This document shows positions 18,817 to 30,800 of a DNA stretch of 64,000 nt, one piece after another. The notes under the pieces are model-generated. The model had not been told where the DNA came from and did not search any database. It saw nothing but the letters and a program-made list of their open reading frames with translations. The DNA is from an uncultured delta proteobacterium. GTDB taxonomy: Bacteria; Myxococcota; Myxococcia; Myxococcales; Myxococcaceae. Every line of letters starts with the position of its first letter. The first letter of the stretch is position 1. The position numbers and the translations under genes were made by a program. The DNA lies in the NCBI GenBank assembly GCA_963713045.1, contig CAVQKE010000007.1, positions 96,001-160,000 of the forward strand. Reading direction: 5' to 3'.

Positions 18817-19932
18817 TCACTCGGCCTCGCCCGGTTCTGGCTCGACGTGCTTCGGGACGACCAAGCCTCGGGACAGGCGTCGGAGCACTTTCAGCCGTTG
18901 GCGGTGCTTGTAGCGGACATGGGCGCTGTCCCCCAATTCATTGGTGGAGGCAGTGCGCTCGTCGAGCATCTGGAATTCGACAAGGGTAAAGGTGATGCGA
19001 CCCTTCCTCTCCCGCACATCCTCTTCCGGCGGTGGCAGCCAGGCGTCTAACCGCAGGGGCAGGTCGACCACAAAGTTGAGGACCCGGTAGGCGGCACCAC
19101 TGAAGGGGTTCCCGGCGGTTCCCTCGCGGTCCTCGAAATTCGGGTCCAGGTGCAGGTCGTTGGCGTGCGCCGCGAAGTGCGGGAAGTCGCGCAGCAAGCT
19201 TTTAAAGGGCAAGAGCGAATTTTCGGTCTGGCCCGGGACGACGAAGTTGAAGGGAAACAGGCGCTGGGTCAGGAAGTACAGCACCGGGAGGATGTCGCCT
19301 CGGCTGCGGGTGACGATGCGGAAGCGGGTCTTGTCGTAAATCTGCGCGGCAACCGTCTCCTTCTTGGCGAGCAGCTTGGTGATGAGGGACTCGCGCGTCT
19401 TGACCGAGTGGTAGAATTCACAGATGGGCAGCCCCTTGGCGCGGGCTTCCTCCATCGCCCCCGACACCTTGCGGATGGCCATCTCGGCCAGGGCGGCTTC
19501 GGACACCGCCAACCGGTACTGAAGGTCTCGTCCCTCAATGTGCTGCACCACGTGCATGCATTTGAGAACGATGCAGGCAATGCGCCGTAACCGCGCTTCT
19601 TTGACGCCGGAGGCGTAGAGAAACAAGTCGTGGACTTCGGCCGGGCGCGCCACCGCGTCCGCCACCCGGTAGCCGAAGGTCCCCCGGAGGTATTCGACGG
19701 CATCCGCCAGCACCGCACGGGCCCAGGCCTCATCGTGGTGGTTGCTGAGGTCCAGACAGCACAACCGCAGAAAGCGGTCCACCTCGTCCCGGGTGCGGAA
19801 AATGGGGCGACGCCAGTCGACGATGCTGCCGCCGCGCAGGATGAGACGGACCCGTTCCAATTCCTTGAGGCCCATCTCCTGGACGGGCCGAACCGGCAAG
19901 TCGGGCAACGACGGCTCGAGCGGAAGTCGCAT
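18817..19932 (-). CDS. Myxobacterial TIGR04552-like protein with a RelA/SpoT-type nucleotidyltransferase motif pattern
   Basis: LILRGGSIVDW N-terminus; VKTRESLITKL, YDKTRFRIV, YRVLNF, VEFQ, AHVRYK. Confidence 0.72.
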   Translation of the reverse strand: MRLPLEPSLPDLPVRPVQEMGLKELERVRLILRGGSIVDWRRPIFRTRDEVDRFLRLCCLDLSNHHDEAWARAVLADAVEYLRGTFGYRVADAVARPAEVHDLFLYASGVKEARLRRIACIVLKCMHVVQHIEGRDLQYRLAVSEAALAEMAIRKVSGAMEEARAKGLPICEFYHSVKTRESLITKLLAKKETVAAQIYDKTRFRIVTRSRGDILPVLYFLTQRLFPFNFVVPGQTENSLLPFKSLLRDFPHFAAHANDLHLDPNFEDREGTAGNPFSGAAYRVLNFVVDLPLRLDAWLPPPEEDVRERKGRITFTLVEFQMLDERTASTNELGDSAHVRYKHRQRLKVLRRLSRGLVVPKHVEPEPGEAE

Positions 19933-19967
19933 CGCAGCGGGAGGGAGGGGCCTTGTGGAGAAGCGCG

Positions 19968-21761
19968 TCAGAACTTGAAAGGAAAGTCGACTGCTTGGCC
20001 GGGTGAGTAGCGGTGCTTGGGGAACTGCCACGTCTTCACGAGACCCGTCATGCACGTGGCGAAGTAGGAGGTTCTGTAGCCTTCGGTCACCGGCGCGACG
20101 TTGGTCGTCTTTCCGGACGTCTGGATGACCCAATGCATCACCAGCGTCCCGTGGAGGTTGGGGTCGCGGCTCTTCTGCTCATCGACGCAGCGAACCATCG
20201 CGCTCTTGTTGGCGAGGACGACGGACATGATGTCTCCGTCGCCGACTTTCTCCGGAACGTCGGTGACGCCTGGGGCTGGTGGCACGTAGGCCGTCTTCTT
20301 TCCCGTGTCGCCCGCCGGAGCGGCCTTCTTGCCGTCGGGAGTTCCGAAGACCTCGTCGAAGAGGTCATCGGCCTTGTTGCGCGGACGGGACGCTTCGATG
20401 GTGTCCTTGGCCGGGCCTTCCAGCGTGCCGTCTGCACTGGCGGCGCTGTTGCTCCTCGACCCGCGATGCGTTCCGGTGCCCCGTCTCTGTGGCGGGGACT
20501 CGACAGCTGGGACCGGCGTGGGCGCCCTGGCGAGGGTGGGGGGCGTCGCGGGCGCCTTGGGTGGAGGCGCGGCCTGCGCTGGGCTGGCCACGGCACCGGG
20601 GGCCGGCGGCGGGGAAGAAGCCACGGGGGCCGGCACCGGCGGTGGAGGCGGGGCGACGACGACCACCGGCGCAGGCTTGTGCAGGGTTTGGAAGAGTTGG
20701 AACGCCGCCAGCGCGACCACCGCCACGAACAGGCCGACCAGTGCGAGGGTGAGGCCCTTGCGTGGAGCGGCCCCTGCGCCCGGTGTGCTTCGGTAGGCGA
20801 AGGGCGTCGGCACGGTTGGAGCGCCATTGTGGGCAGAGCGAACGGCCGGCATGGCGGTGGCCGACGGACCGGTCCGCTTCACCGGTTCTTCCGGCACCTC
20901 GAGGATGGACCTCGGCGAGGGCGGTGGAGGCGGAGGGGGCGGCGGCTTGTTGAGGGCCTCAATCTCGTCCTTCACCAAGGACGCCAGCGCGGCGGTGGCC
21001 GCGGGCCGGAAGCCGGTGTCGGAGCCGCCGGTGGCCACCGGCACCTCGGAGCGGACCGTCCTCGTCATCCCCCCAGCGCTGAACGCCGACTCCACCGGCA
21101 CGGTGACCACCGAAGGAGGAACGGGCGTCATCGCTGGTGTGGAGAAGACTGGACGCGTTGGCCGTGGTGCCAACAGCACGGCCAGTTCCCCCACGTCGGA
21201 CAGTGGAATCCAGTCGGCCAGGCCCTGCCGCCAGGTGAGGCTGTCGGGTCCAATTTCTCCCCGGTCCCACAACTCCTTCACCCGGCCTTCGGTGAGGGGT
21301 CCGGTTTGGACTTCATTGACGGCGACGAACCAGTCGTAGCCGGCGGTCGGCGGTGGCGGGGGAACCGGCGTCGGCGTGCTTCCCTGGGACATCTCGGCGA
21401 AGCGCTTGACCGACTCCTCATCCATGACACGGGTGGAGTCGGTGTCATCGGCCTGTTGGAAGGGATTGGTGACGGCGGTTCCCTCTCCACCCAAGGCCTG
21501 GTCAAACGCGGCGCCAATCTCGTCTTCGTCCACGCCGCTGAAGATGTTGTTGTCCGACGTGGGCGTCTCCGGGGCGGCGTTGGCGGCTGGCGCCTGGGCC
21601 TCTTCCAGTGCAGCCACCGCGGCTTCGGCTTCGGCCAGGGCCTCGCGGCGGACATGGATGACATGCCCGCACTTCTTGCAGCGCACTTTGACCCCGCGCG
21701 CGCCGACCTTCTCGTCGCTGATCATGTACTGCGCGCGGCAGCTGTCGCAGGCAAAGCGCAT
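19968..21761 (-). CDS. gltJ: Gliding motility protein GltJ (AgmX)
   Basis: N-terminal zinc ribbon (CDSC..CKKC), GYF_2 domain (WFVAVNEVQTGP..WRQGLADW), TM helix, TonB-C-like C-terminus; cluster position. Confidence 0.88.
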   Translation of the reverse strand: MRFACDSCRAQYMISDEKVGARGVKVRCKKCGHVIHVRREALAEAEAAVAALEEAQAPAANAAPETPTSDNNIFSGVDEDEIGAAFDQALGGEGTAVTNPFQQADDTDSTRVMDEESVKRFAEMSQGSTPTPVPPPPPTAGYDWFVAVNEVQTGPLTEGRVKELWDRGEIGPDSLTWRQGLADWIPLSDVGELAVLLAPRPTRPVFSTPAMTPVPPSVVTVPVESAFSAGGMTRTVRSEVPVATGGSDTGFRPAATAALASLVKDEIEALNKPPPPPPPPPSPRSILEVPEEPVKRTGPSATAMPAVRSAHNGAPTVPTPFAYRSTPGAGAAPRKGLTLALVGLFVAVVALAAFQLFQTLHKPAPVVVVAPPPPPVPAPVASSPPPAPGAVASPAQAAPPPKAPATPPTLARAPTPVPAVESPPQRRGTGTHRGSRSNSAASADGTLEGPAKDTIEASRPRNKADDLFDEVFGTPDGKKAAPAGDTGKKTAYVPPAPGVTDVPEKVGDGDIMSVVLANKSAMVRCVDEQKSRDPNLHGTLVMHWVIQTSGKTTNVAPVTEGYRTSYFATCMTGLVKTWQFPKHRYSPGQAVDFPFKF

Positions 21762-21899
21762 CGGGACTGGCGAAGCCTCTGAAAGGTCGAGGGTTTACGC
21801 CCTAATGACCTTACACCGCAGCTGGCGGCACCGGTCAAGGAACGCGCTGGACCCACCCGAGAGTACCTTCGCGGACTGCAGCTGCCCGGGCCGGGGGGG

Positions 21900-24800
21900 T
21901 CACTTTCGGCTGGGGACCTCGACGGCAGTGCCGACGGCCGCCCGGAGGGTCGCCAGGTCCTCGGAGACGGCGAACGCCATGACTTCGCGAATTTTCGTCT
22001 TGCCCGGAATGCGAAACGCCGAGCCAGTCTCGCCCTGCACCAGGCGCTTGACGGGCTCGACGTCCCCGGCGACGAAGAGGGCGCAGCGGACCCCGGTTAA
22101 TTCTGCGCCTTCCAGGTATTCCTTGAGGGTGTCGGTGTTGCCCCGCCGGAGGACTTCCTGTGCGGCGCGAGCAAGCGCAACGCGGGCAGAATCCGGGAGG
22201 GCCGGTTCAAGCTTCTGCCGCTCGGCTTCAATGACGGCGTGCGGCGCGGTCCAGCGCCAGCTGAAGCCAGCCAGGGCCAGGGCAGCCTGAAAGACGGCGT
22301 CCAGCTGTTCGGGAAGCAGCCGCTGGGCGAGCGCCACTTCGGGGCGAAGTCCGGCCAGCGTCCGGCCCAGCAGGGCGTAGGTGTCGCGCTGACTGTCCTT
22401 GCCCAGCTCGCCGAAGAAGCGGCCGCCCACCTTCAGGGAGACGGGATGGGTTTGACAAATCTCGATGCCCACCAGCGGTTCCGGCGCGGGTTCGGACGTG
22501 CGCTTGGCCAGTTTGTCGCGGGTGGCGATGAGAAAGGGGGAAAACAGTTCCACCGCTTCCATGCCGAGCAGCTTTGCGACCGAGCGGTAGTGATGAATTT
22601 GGTACTCGGGCGCGGTGCTGACGTCAATCCGGTGGCGCTTGGGGTTGATGCCCACCTGGCTGAGGGAAGTCGCAAACAGGTGACCGGCGTGCTGGAAGAG
22701 CAATCCGAAAATCTCCGCGACCGGCGTGCGAAGCTTGGGGTGGAAGAGTTGGCCGGTCCACAGCCGCTCGGTCAGTCCACGCTGGGGGATTTCGCGCTTC
22801 TTGGCGTAGGGACCAAGCTTGGTGAGAATCTCCTTCTCGGCGGAGCCGGGGTCTCCGAGGAGCCCGGAGACCACTTGGGCGGCCATCCACGCCCCGTCGT
22901 AATCCTTTCGCTTGGCTGCCAATTCAGCCAGCGCCGAGACCACCTTGCGGGGGTTTTGGGTGCCGGAGATGGCGCGGCGGTAAGCGGCCACCGCCTTGTC
23001 CTCGCTGCCGGGAGTCTTCGACAGGAGGTCGCCGTACGTCTCCTGGACGGTGGCGTCGTCGGGCAGCCCGGCGGCGGCCACTTGGAAGGCCATCAGCGCT
23101 TCCTGGGGCTGCTTCAGCACCTGGTGGTAGAGGTCGCCAAGCGTTCTCCACAGCACCATCCTGGCAGCGTGGGTGTCGTCGGTTTTCGGCAAACGCTGAA
23201 TCATCCGCGCGTAATTCTCCTCCAGAGACTTCCATTGCTTCTCCGAGGAGAGGAGCTGCTCGATGGCACCGAAGGCCTCGACAAAGCGCGGGTCCAGTTC
23301 GAGTGCGGCGTTGAAGGCGTCCACGGCACGCGCGACGTCTTTGACGTCGTCGCGGTAAGACTCGCCGAGCGCGTACCAGACGCGCTTGGCGCGCTGTGGG
23401 TCAGCCTGCATGGCGGGAGTCTGGAGCATCCGCTCGAGGATTTCGGCCGCCTTCTGCGGCTGCCGGGTCTCCCGGTACAGCATGTAGAGGGCGTCCATGA
23501 TGTCGACGTCGTCAGGCCGCAGCCGGTGGGCCTGGACGTAAGCGTCGATGGCGGTGTGGGCATCCTTCAGGCGCTCGCGCGCCAGCTTGCCCAGCTCGAG
23601 GGCGGCCTCCGCCTTGGCGTCGCCGTCGAGGGATTGGAGCAGGCTGTGGCGGTATTCGACCGAGCGTTCCCACTGTGCGTTGGCGTCGGCCAGCGCGATG
23701 AGGGCGCGCAGTGTCGGCTCATGCCCTGGGTCGATGGCCAGCGCCTTCTCGAAGTTGTTCTGCGCGCGGTCCGGTTGGTTGAGCGCGGTGTGGACTTCGC
23801 CAATCTGCCAGTACACCTCCACCACCTCGAGGTCCGTCAGGTCCTCCCGGTGGTGGATGAGGATGGTTTGCAGCACTTTCAACGCTTGCTCGTGCCGCTG
23901 CGCTTGGACCAGGAGGTGGGCGTACCCCTCCAAGGCGGGCAGGTAGGTGGCGTCCAGTTGGTAGGCCTGCTCATAGTGTTCCAGGGCGACGTCGCGCTGG
24001 CCAAGCTTCTCGGCCACGTAGCCGAGCCGGTACACTTGCCGGCAGAGTTCTTTGTCGGCGCCCCCTTCCGGTTCCGCCGCGGCGCGGGTGCGAAGCTGGC
24101 GGACCACCACCTCCAGCATGGCTTCGGCGCGGTCCCACGCCTCCCGGGCGATGTACAAGTCGGCCAGCGGCAGGGCGGCGTCGAGCAAGTCCGGCTGGTG
24201 GCGGGTGGCCTCTTCGTACCAATGGGTGGCGGCGGCCACATCCTCCCGCCGCTCGCTGTAAAAGCGCGCCAGGGCCAACTCGGCCTGGGCCTTCTCGGCG
24301 GGGTCTTCGGCCGCCCGTGCCTCGGCGGTCAGCACCGCTTCGTAGGCGTTCCAATCCCCTTCAGATTCGTGGATGCCACGCAGCGCGCGCAGGGTGGCGA
24401 CGTGGTCGGGGTTGACGCGGAGCGCCTCGGCGTACCAGCCCTTGGCGGTGCCCACGTCCTGCAGCATGTCCTCGTTGATTTTCCCCATCCGGTGAAACAA
24501 CTCGACGGCTTCCGGACTCCGGCCGAGGAGCTGCGACTCCTGGTGCAGGACGTCCAGGGCGAAGGGCCAGTTGCCGCTTCGCTCGTACAGAAGGCCCAAG
24601 GCGTGCATCGCCGGGCGGTGGGTGGGGTCCACCTGCAGCGCTGCCTGGTAGGCATCGACTGCCCGGTCGGCGCGGCGAAGCTGGTCGCGGAAGACGTCGC
24701 CCACCTGGACGTAGAGGTCGGCCTGCTCCTGCACTTCGGTGGCCAGCTGGATGTGGCGCTCCAGCACGGCCACCAAGTCCTCCCAGCGGCCCTGGGCCAG

Positions 24801-27800
24801 TCTCAGGCGCTCCAGCGTCTTGATGGCCTGCAAGTTGGTGGGGTCGAGGGTGAGAATCCCCTCCACGCAGGCATCGGCGTTGGCGGCGTTCTGGTAGGTG
24901 TCCTCCCAAATGGCGGCAGAGCGGAAGAGGATGTGGACTTTGGCCCGGTAGTCCTCGGTCAGCTCCAACTGCCTCTCATACACGGCGAGCAGGTCGGCGG
25001 GCCGGGTCAGCCGGGTGTAGAGGCGCTCCAGCGCGTCGACTGCCTCGCGGTTTTGGGGGTCCAGTTCCAGCGCCTCCCGGTAGGCCTCAACTGCGGCCTC
25101 CTCGTCGCCGATGTCCCGTTCCTGGACCTGCGCCACCTCCACCTGAATGCGGGCGCGCTCCTCGAGGGAGGGCGCCAAGTCGCGAGCCCGCGACAGGGTG
25201 GCGGCCAAGTCCCCCCACATGTGCTGGTCTCGGTACAGCTTGGCCAGTTCGGCCAGCGTCTCCGTGTCCGGTTCAAGGTCGAGCGCCCGCGTCAGCGCAC
25301 TGGCGGCTTCGTCGATGTTGCTCAGCTGCTCGACATAGGTGCGTGAAATCTCGCGGAGAATTTGCTTTCTGGCTTCGATGGAGGGCGCGGCCTCCAGCTT
25401 CTGCTCGAGCGCGACGATGTATTCCCGGTGCCGGCCGCGCCGGGCGAAGGTGCTGGCCAGCGTGTCCAGCGCCGAGGTGTTGGTGGGGTCGAATTCAAGA
25501 ATTTTTCGGAGCGCGGCCTCGGCGGCACCAGCGTCGTCGAGGTTTTTGTCCTGGACGCGCGCGAGCACCAAGTACAGGCGGGTCACCAGCGGTCCGCGGG
25601 GCAACTCGTCGGCGACCTGCTCGTACACTGCGGCCAGCTCCTCGTAGGAGCCGGTCTCCTCGGCCAAGCGCTCGACGTCCTCCCGAAGTGCGTCGTCGGA
25701 AGGGTCGAGCTGCAGCGCGCGGCACAGGGCGAGGAAGGCGCTGTCCTTCTGTCCAAGCTTCTGCTCGCGCACCTTGCCCAAATCGCGCAGGGCACGCGTC
25801 TTCTCCTCGTCGGTGACCAGATTGGGCAGGTAGCGGTCGACCAGCTGGGCATGGGCCCGCCAGTCGTTGACTTCGGCGTACAGGGCGAGCAGCCGCTCGT
25901 ACGCGGTGCGGTTGGCGGGGTCGACATCCAACAGACGCTCCAGCACCGGGGCGGCAGACTCCGGCTTGCCGCCCGGTCCAGTCCAGAGGTCGGCCATCTC
26001 AAACAGGGTGGCCACCACCTGGTCGCGCTCTTCCAGGCGGTGGTAGACGTCGGCCTTCAGTTCGAGGGCGCGCACCGCGTCTCCGAAGGCGCGCAGCGTG
26101 ACGAAGACCTGCCGCACCCGGTCCAACTCGGGGATGGTGTGGGGCTCGACTTCGAGTGCCCGGCGGGCGGCGTCCAGCGCCTCCTCCCGCCGCTGCATCT
26201 CGGCCAGCACCTCCGCCATGCGCAGACGGATGGACTTCACCCCGGCGGCGTCGTCTTGCAGCGGGATGAGCCGGCGCAACACCACCACCAGGTCATCTCG
26301 ACGGCCCAACTCCGCGAGAACGTCGCGCAGCGTCTCCAGGGCGTTGCGGTTTCGCGCGTCCCGTTCCAGGGCCAAGCGCAGCGGCGCGACTGCCTCCTCC
26401 GGGCGTCCGAGGTTGCGGTAGAGCAGCGTCCCCACCCGCTCATCGAGGTGGACCTGTTCCAATGGCTCGGACACCTGGGCCCGGCGACTCACCAGCAGCG
26501 CGCGGAGGTCCTCCCAGCGTTCGGCCTTCTCCAGCGCTTGCTCCAGCGCGGTGAAGGCCTGGTCGGAGCGGGGATTGCGCGCATGCAACTCGCTGTACAA
26601 TTCGATGGAGGCTTCCAAGTCCGAGAGGCCCTCGGCGGACACCTTCACCATCTTGGCCAGAATCCGTTCCCGCTCGGCTCCTTTGGCCAGGTCGCGCTGA
26701 ATGCGCAGGGTGGCGAAAAGACGGTCTTGACGGCCCGAAGCCTCGTACAGTGGTTCCAGTTGTCGGGCGGCCAGGACGTTTTTGGGGTCGAGCGCCAGCA
26801 CCCGTTCGCCGGCGTCGATGGCCCGGGGCGAATCCTCCAAATCCACCTGCGCCACTTGCACCAGACGCAGCAGCAGCTGGACTTTCTCGGTGGGGTCCGC
26901 GGTGCGCTTCTCCAGCTCATCCAGCGCACCGGCCAAGCGGTCCGGCCGGGAGATGGCCGCGTACAAGCGCACCAACGCCTGAAGCGCCGGGACCGCCAGC
27001 GAAGGGTCGAGGGTCCGGGCCCTCTCGTAGCTGGGGATGGCCTTGGCCGGGTCGGCGAGGCGCTGCTCAAACAGCTCACCCAGCCGGAAGGAGACTTGGG
27101 CCGCTTCGGCGCCTTCGGCAATCCGCGGCAGCGCCTCCTCGTACAGTGCGGCCAGCTCCTCGTGGGAGTTGGAGATGTCGGCCAGCTTGTCCAGGCGCTC
27201 GCGCAGGGCGGCGTCGTTGGGGTCTTCCTTGAAGGCGCGCCACAGCGCCAGGAAGGCCGGCCCCATCTCCCGCGCCGACTCCCGCACCGTGGCCAGCTCC
27301 ACCAGAAGCGCCTTGCGCTCGAAGGGGTCGGGGGAGACGGCCACCCGTGCTTCGAGGGCCTGGGCCAGCCTCGCGCCCGCGCCCCCAGCGCGGTAGGCGT
27401 CCAACAGCACCTCTGCCGCCGCCTTGTTTTGCGGGTCCCTCTGGACAAGCTCCTCCACCCGCGGAAGGGCCAGGGCGTGGCGGGGCTCGACGGTGAGGAC
27501 GTCCCGGTACAATTCCAAGGCGCCAAATTTGTCCAACAAGCGCCGTTCGCGCACCTCGGCCAGTCGGGCCTTCAGCTGCAGTGCTGCGCCCCCGTCGGCC
27601 GTGGCGGCACGGCGCGCCAGCACGTCAGCCACTTCGGGCCAGCGCTCGGTGCGGGTGCAGAGGACGTCCATCCGCTCCAGGGCCTCGGGGTCATCCGGCT
27701 TCAGTTCCAGCAGACGTCGCAGGGTAGCCAGAGCGCCCACCGGGTCCTGCAGCGTCTTGTCCTGCAGGTTGGCCATCCGCAACAGAAGGGCCGTCTTGGT

Positions 27801-30800
27801 GCCCGGGTCCTGGGCTGCAGCCAGCTGTCGGCGGAGGACTTCCAGCACCTCCGCCGGCCGGCCAGCCTGGCCATGCAAGCGTTCCAGGCCACCCAGCGCC
27901 TCGGCATCGGCCGGCACCGCCTCCAGCAGTCGCTCCCAGGCGTGGACTGCCTCCTCGGTGCGTCCCAGGGACTGCTGGGCCTGGGCCAGGGCGCGGGTAA
28001 TGCCAATGCGGGCCGCGTCACTGGAGGCCCGCGGCAGCACCTCTTCCAAGAGCGCGGCAAGTTCCTCGTGCGCCGGGGCCCGTTCGGCCAGCCCGACGGC
28101 CAGCGCCAGGGACGGCTCCTCATCGGGAAGTTCCCGCAGGGCACGCGCGGCAGCGACGAAGGCCAGCTCCGGGTTTTGCATTGGCCCGGCGTACAGCTTG
28201 CCCACCTTGCGCAGCAGCGCCGCGCGGTCCTCGGCCTTGGGCTCGGTGGCGGCGCGGGCCTCCAACACCTGGACCAGCCGCAGGTGGTCGCCGCCGGCCG
28301 TGAAGATGGGCTCCAGCGCCTCGGCCGCTTCGCCGCGGAGCGGGCTTTGGGAGCGGGCCATCTCCTCCAGCGCACCAATGGCGCCAGCGTGCCCCTGCCG
28401 CTGGCGCAGGACGTCTTCAAACGTGGCCAGGGCACCGCGCGGGTCGTCGAGGCGGGCCAGGCGCAGGCGGCCCAGGCGCACCATCAAGTCAAACATCTCC
28501 TCCGGGCGCTGCCCCGCCTGCGCCAACTCAATTTCCCGGGTGATGAGAGAGGCCAGCTCCGGCCAGCGCTCGCTTTCGGTCAGCACCTTGCCCAGGGCGC
28601 GGATGGCGGCCGCGTCGTCTGGCTTCCGGGCGAGAATTTCGCCGTAGGCCTGCGCCGCCAACTGCCGGTCGGCGAGCGACTCTTCGGCCAAGGTGCCGAG
28701 TTCCGCCAACAGCTCCATCTGCCTGGCGGGCGAGGGGTCGGCCATCACCTGGCGCTTCATCACGCCGGACAGGGCGTGCCAGTCATGCTGCCGCTGGTGC
28801 AGCCGTGCCAGCGCCGCCAGGACGTCCAGGTTTTTCGGTTCTCTTCGGGAGAGCTCCTCGTAGGCTTTCACCGCCAGCTCGGGGCGCTCCAGTCTGTCGG
28901 AATAGAGGTGGGCGAGGCGTCGCCACAACTCGGTGGAGGTGGCGTTGGTGACGCCGCGCTCGAGTTGGTCTTCATAGGCGGCCGCCAGCTCCTCAAAGGC
29001 GCCGCATTCTGCGGCCAGGCGCTCCAGCTGCTCGCGAGAAGCGGGGTTCTCCGGCGCCTCGGCCAAAATGCGGGCCCGCGCCGCGAAGGCGAATTCTTTC
29101 TGGCCCAGCGACTCGCGGAGCGTCGCCACCTCCTCCAGCAAGGCGAGCCGCTGCGTGGGGTTGGACACCGGAATGCGAATTTCCAGGACGTCCACCAGGT
29201 GGCGTGCGTCATTCAGGCTGCGGTAGACCTTCTCCAGGACGCGGGCTGCTTCCTGACGGACCGCTTCGCTGGCCAAGAGCCGCTCCAACCCGGCAACGGC
29301 ATTCGGGTCGCTCGGGGCCCCGTCCAGCAGCTGCGCGTACCCGGCGACCGCGGGGGCCAGGTCCCCTTGCTTCTCCAGCAGCTGGGCGCGCCGCAGCAAG
29401 TACCCTCGCCGCACGTCCCCCGACGTCGCCTGCACCAGCTGGGCAAGGATGTCGCCTTGGGCGTCGAGGTCCTTGGCCTTGCCGTAGAGACGGTCCAGCG
29501 CTTCGAGGCCATCGACGCCCCTGTCCAGCGCCAGGGCTTCCTTGAAGGCGTCGATGGCGCGCGCTTCTTCCCCGGCCGACTCGAGCGAAGCGCCGGCCCG
29601 CATCAGCAGAGCGCGCCGTTCGGCCGGCGCCCCGGCCAGTTTGGCCTTCTTGAGGGTAATCTCCGCCAATTCTTTGGCGTTCCGGCTCAGTTCGAAGAGG
29701 CGCCCGAGGGCGTCCAGCGCCTGGCGGTCCTGGGGCGCTGCCGCCAGCAGCGCCTGCCAGTCGCGAATCGCAAAATCTGACAGGCCGAGGTGCTCGCGGA
29801 GTTCTGCCGCGCGGCGCAGCACGTCCACCGCCTCCGGCTCGTGCAGCTTCGCCGCCAGCGCTTCATAGACTTGGGCCAACTGCTCATAGGAGCCGCTGGT
29901 CCGCGCCAGCCTTTCCAAGTCGGCGCGCGCCGCCGGCCGGTCGACTCCGGTGCGGAAGGCCTCGGCCGCCGCTTCGAAGGCGCGGTCCGGCGCGGCGAGG
30001 TCTCTCTCCAGAATGCCGCGCAGTTCGCGGGCCAACCGCACCTTCTCGTCGGTCAGCGCGTCGGCCATGCGCGCCTCGCGAATGTGCACGCGCCGTTGGT
30101 GGTCGCCAGTGCGCGCCAGCACCGGGTCGAGAATTTCCAAAGCGGTGGCACCCTCGGCTTCCTGAGAACGTGCCCAGGCCTCGAGGAGGTCGCGACTCGG
30201 CTGGTGGCCGGGGTCCTCGACCAAGACCGCTTCCAGCAGCTGCAGGGCACCCGCCGTGTCCCTCAGCTTCTCTCGGCGCAGCTGCGCCAGCCGGAAGGTG
30301 GCCTCGCGGCCCTGGGGGCTTTGTCCTTCCTGCGCCCGCCGCAGCTCCAAGGCGAAGGCCAGCCCCTCGTCTTTCCCCAATTCCAAATACAGGCGGTCCA
30401 GCGCGGTGACGGCCTCTCGATTCAGGGGGTCCGCCTCGGCGACGCGGCGCCAGAAGACGGAGGCCGTCTCGCGGTCCGCCAGCTTGCTTTCCTGAAGCAG
30501 GGCAGCCTCTCGCCACAGGGCCACCCGCTCGGCCGGCTCCTTCACCACCGAGGCCAGGGTGTCGAGCACCTTGGCCAGGCCGGCCCATTGCTCGCCGGCG
30601 CGGTGCAGGCGCTGCAGCGCCCGAAGGGCGTCGACGCTGGCCGGCTCAATGGCCAACAGCGCTTCCAGGTGCGCCACGGCGCCGGCCCGGTCGTCTAATT
30701 TCTTTTCCTGGACGTCGGCCAACTCCCGCAGCAGAGCGGCCCGCACCGGCGCGCTGTCCGCGGTGCCCACCAACTCGGTCAGGACGGTGGCAAAGCCGTC

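Noticed and set aside
22239..29780. Very long plus-strand ORFs (1035 and 1472 aa), and similar ones opposite groEL and smc
   Set aside because: These are antisense shadows of high-GC genes and have no recognisable motifs.
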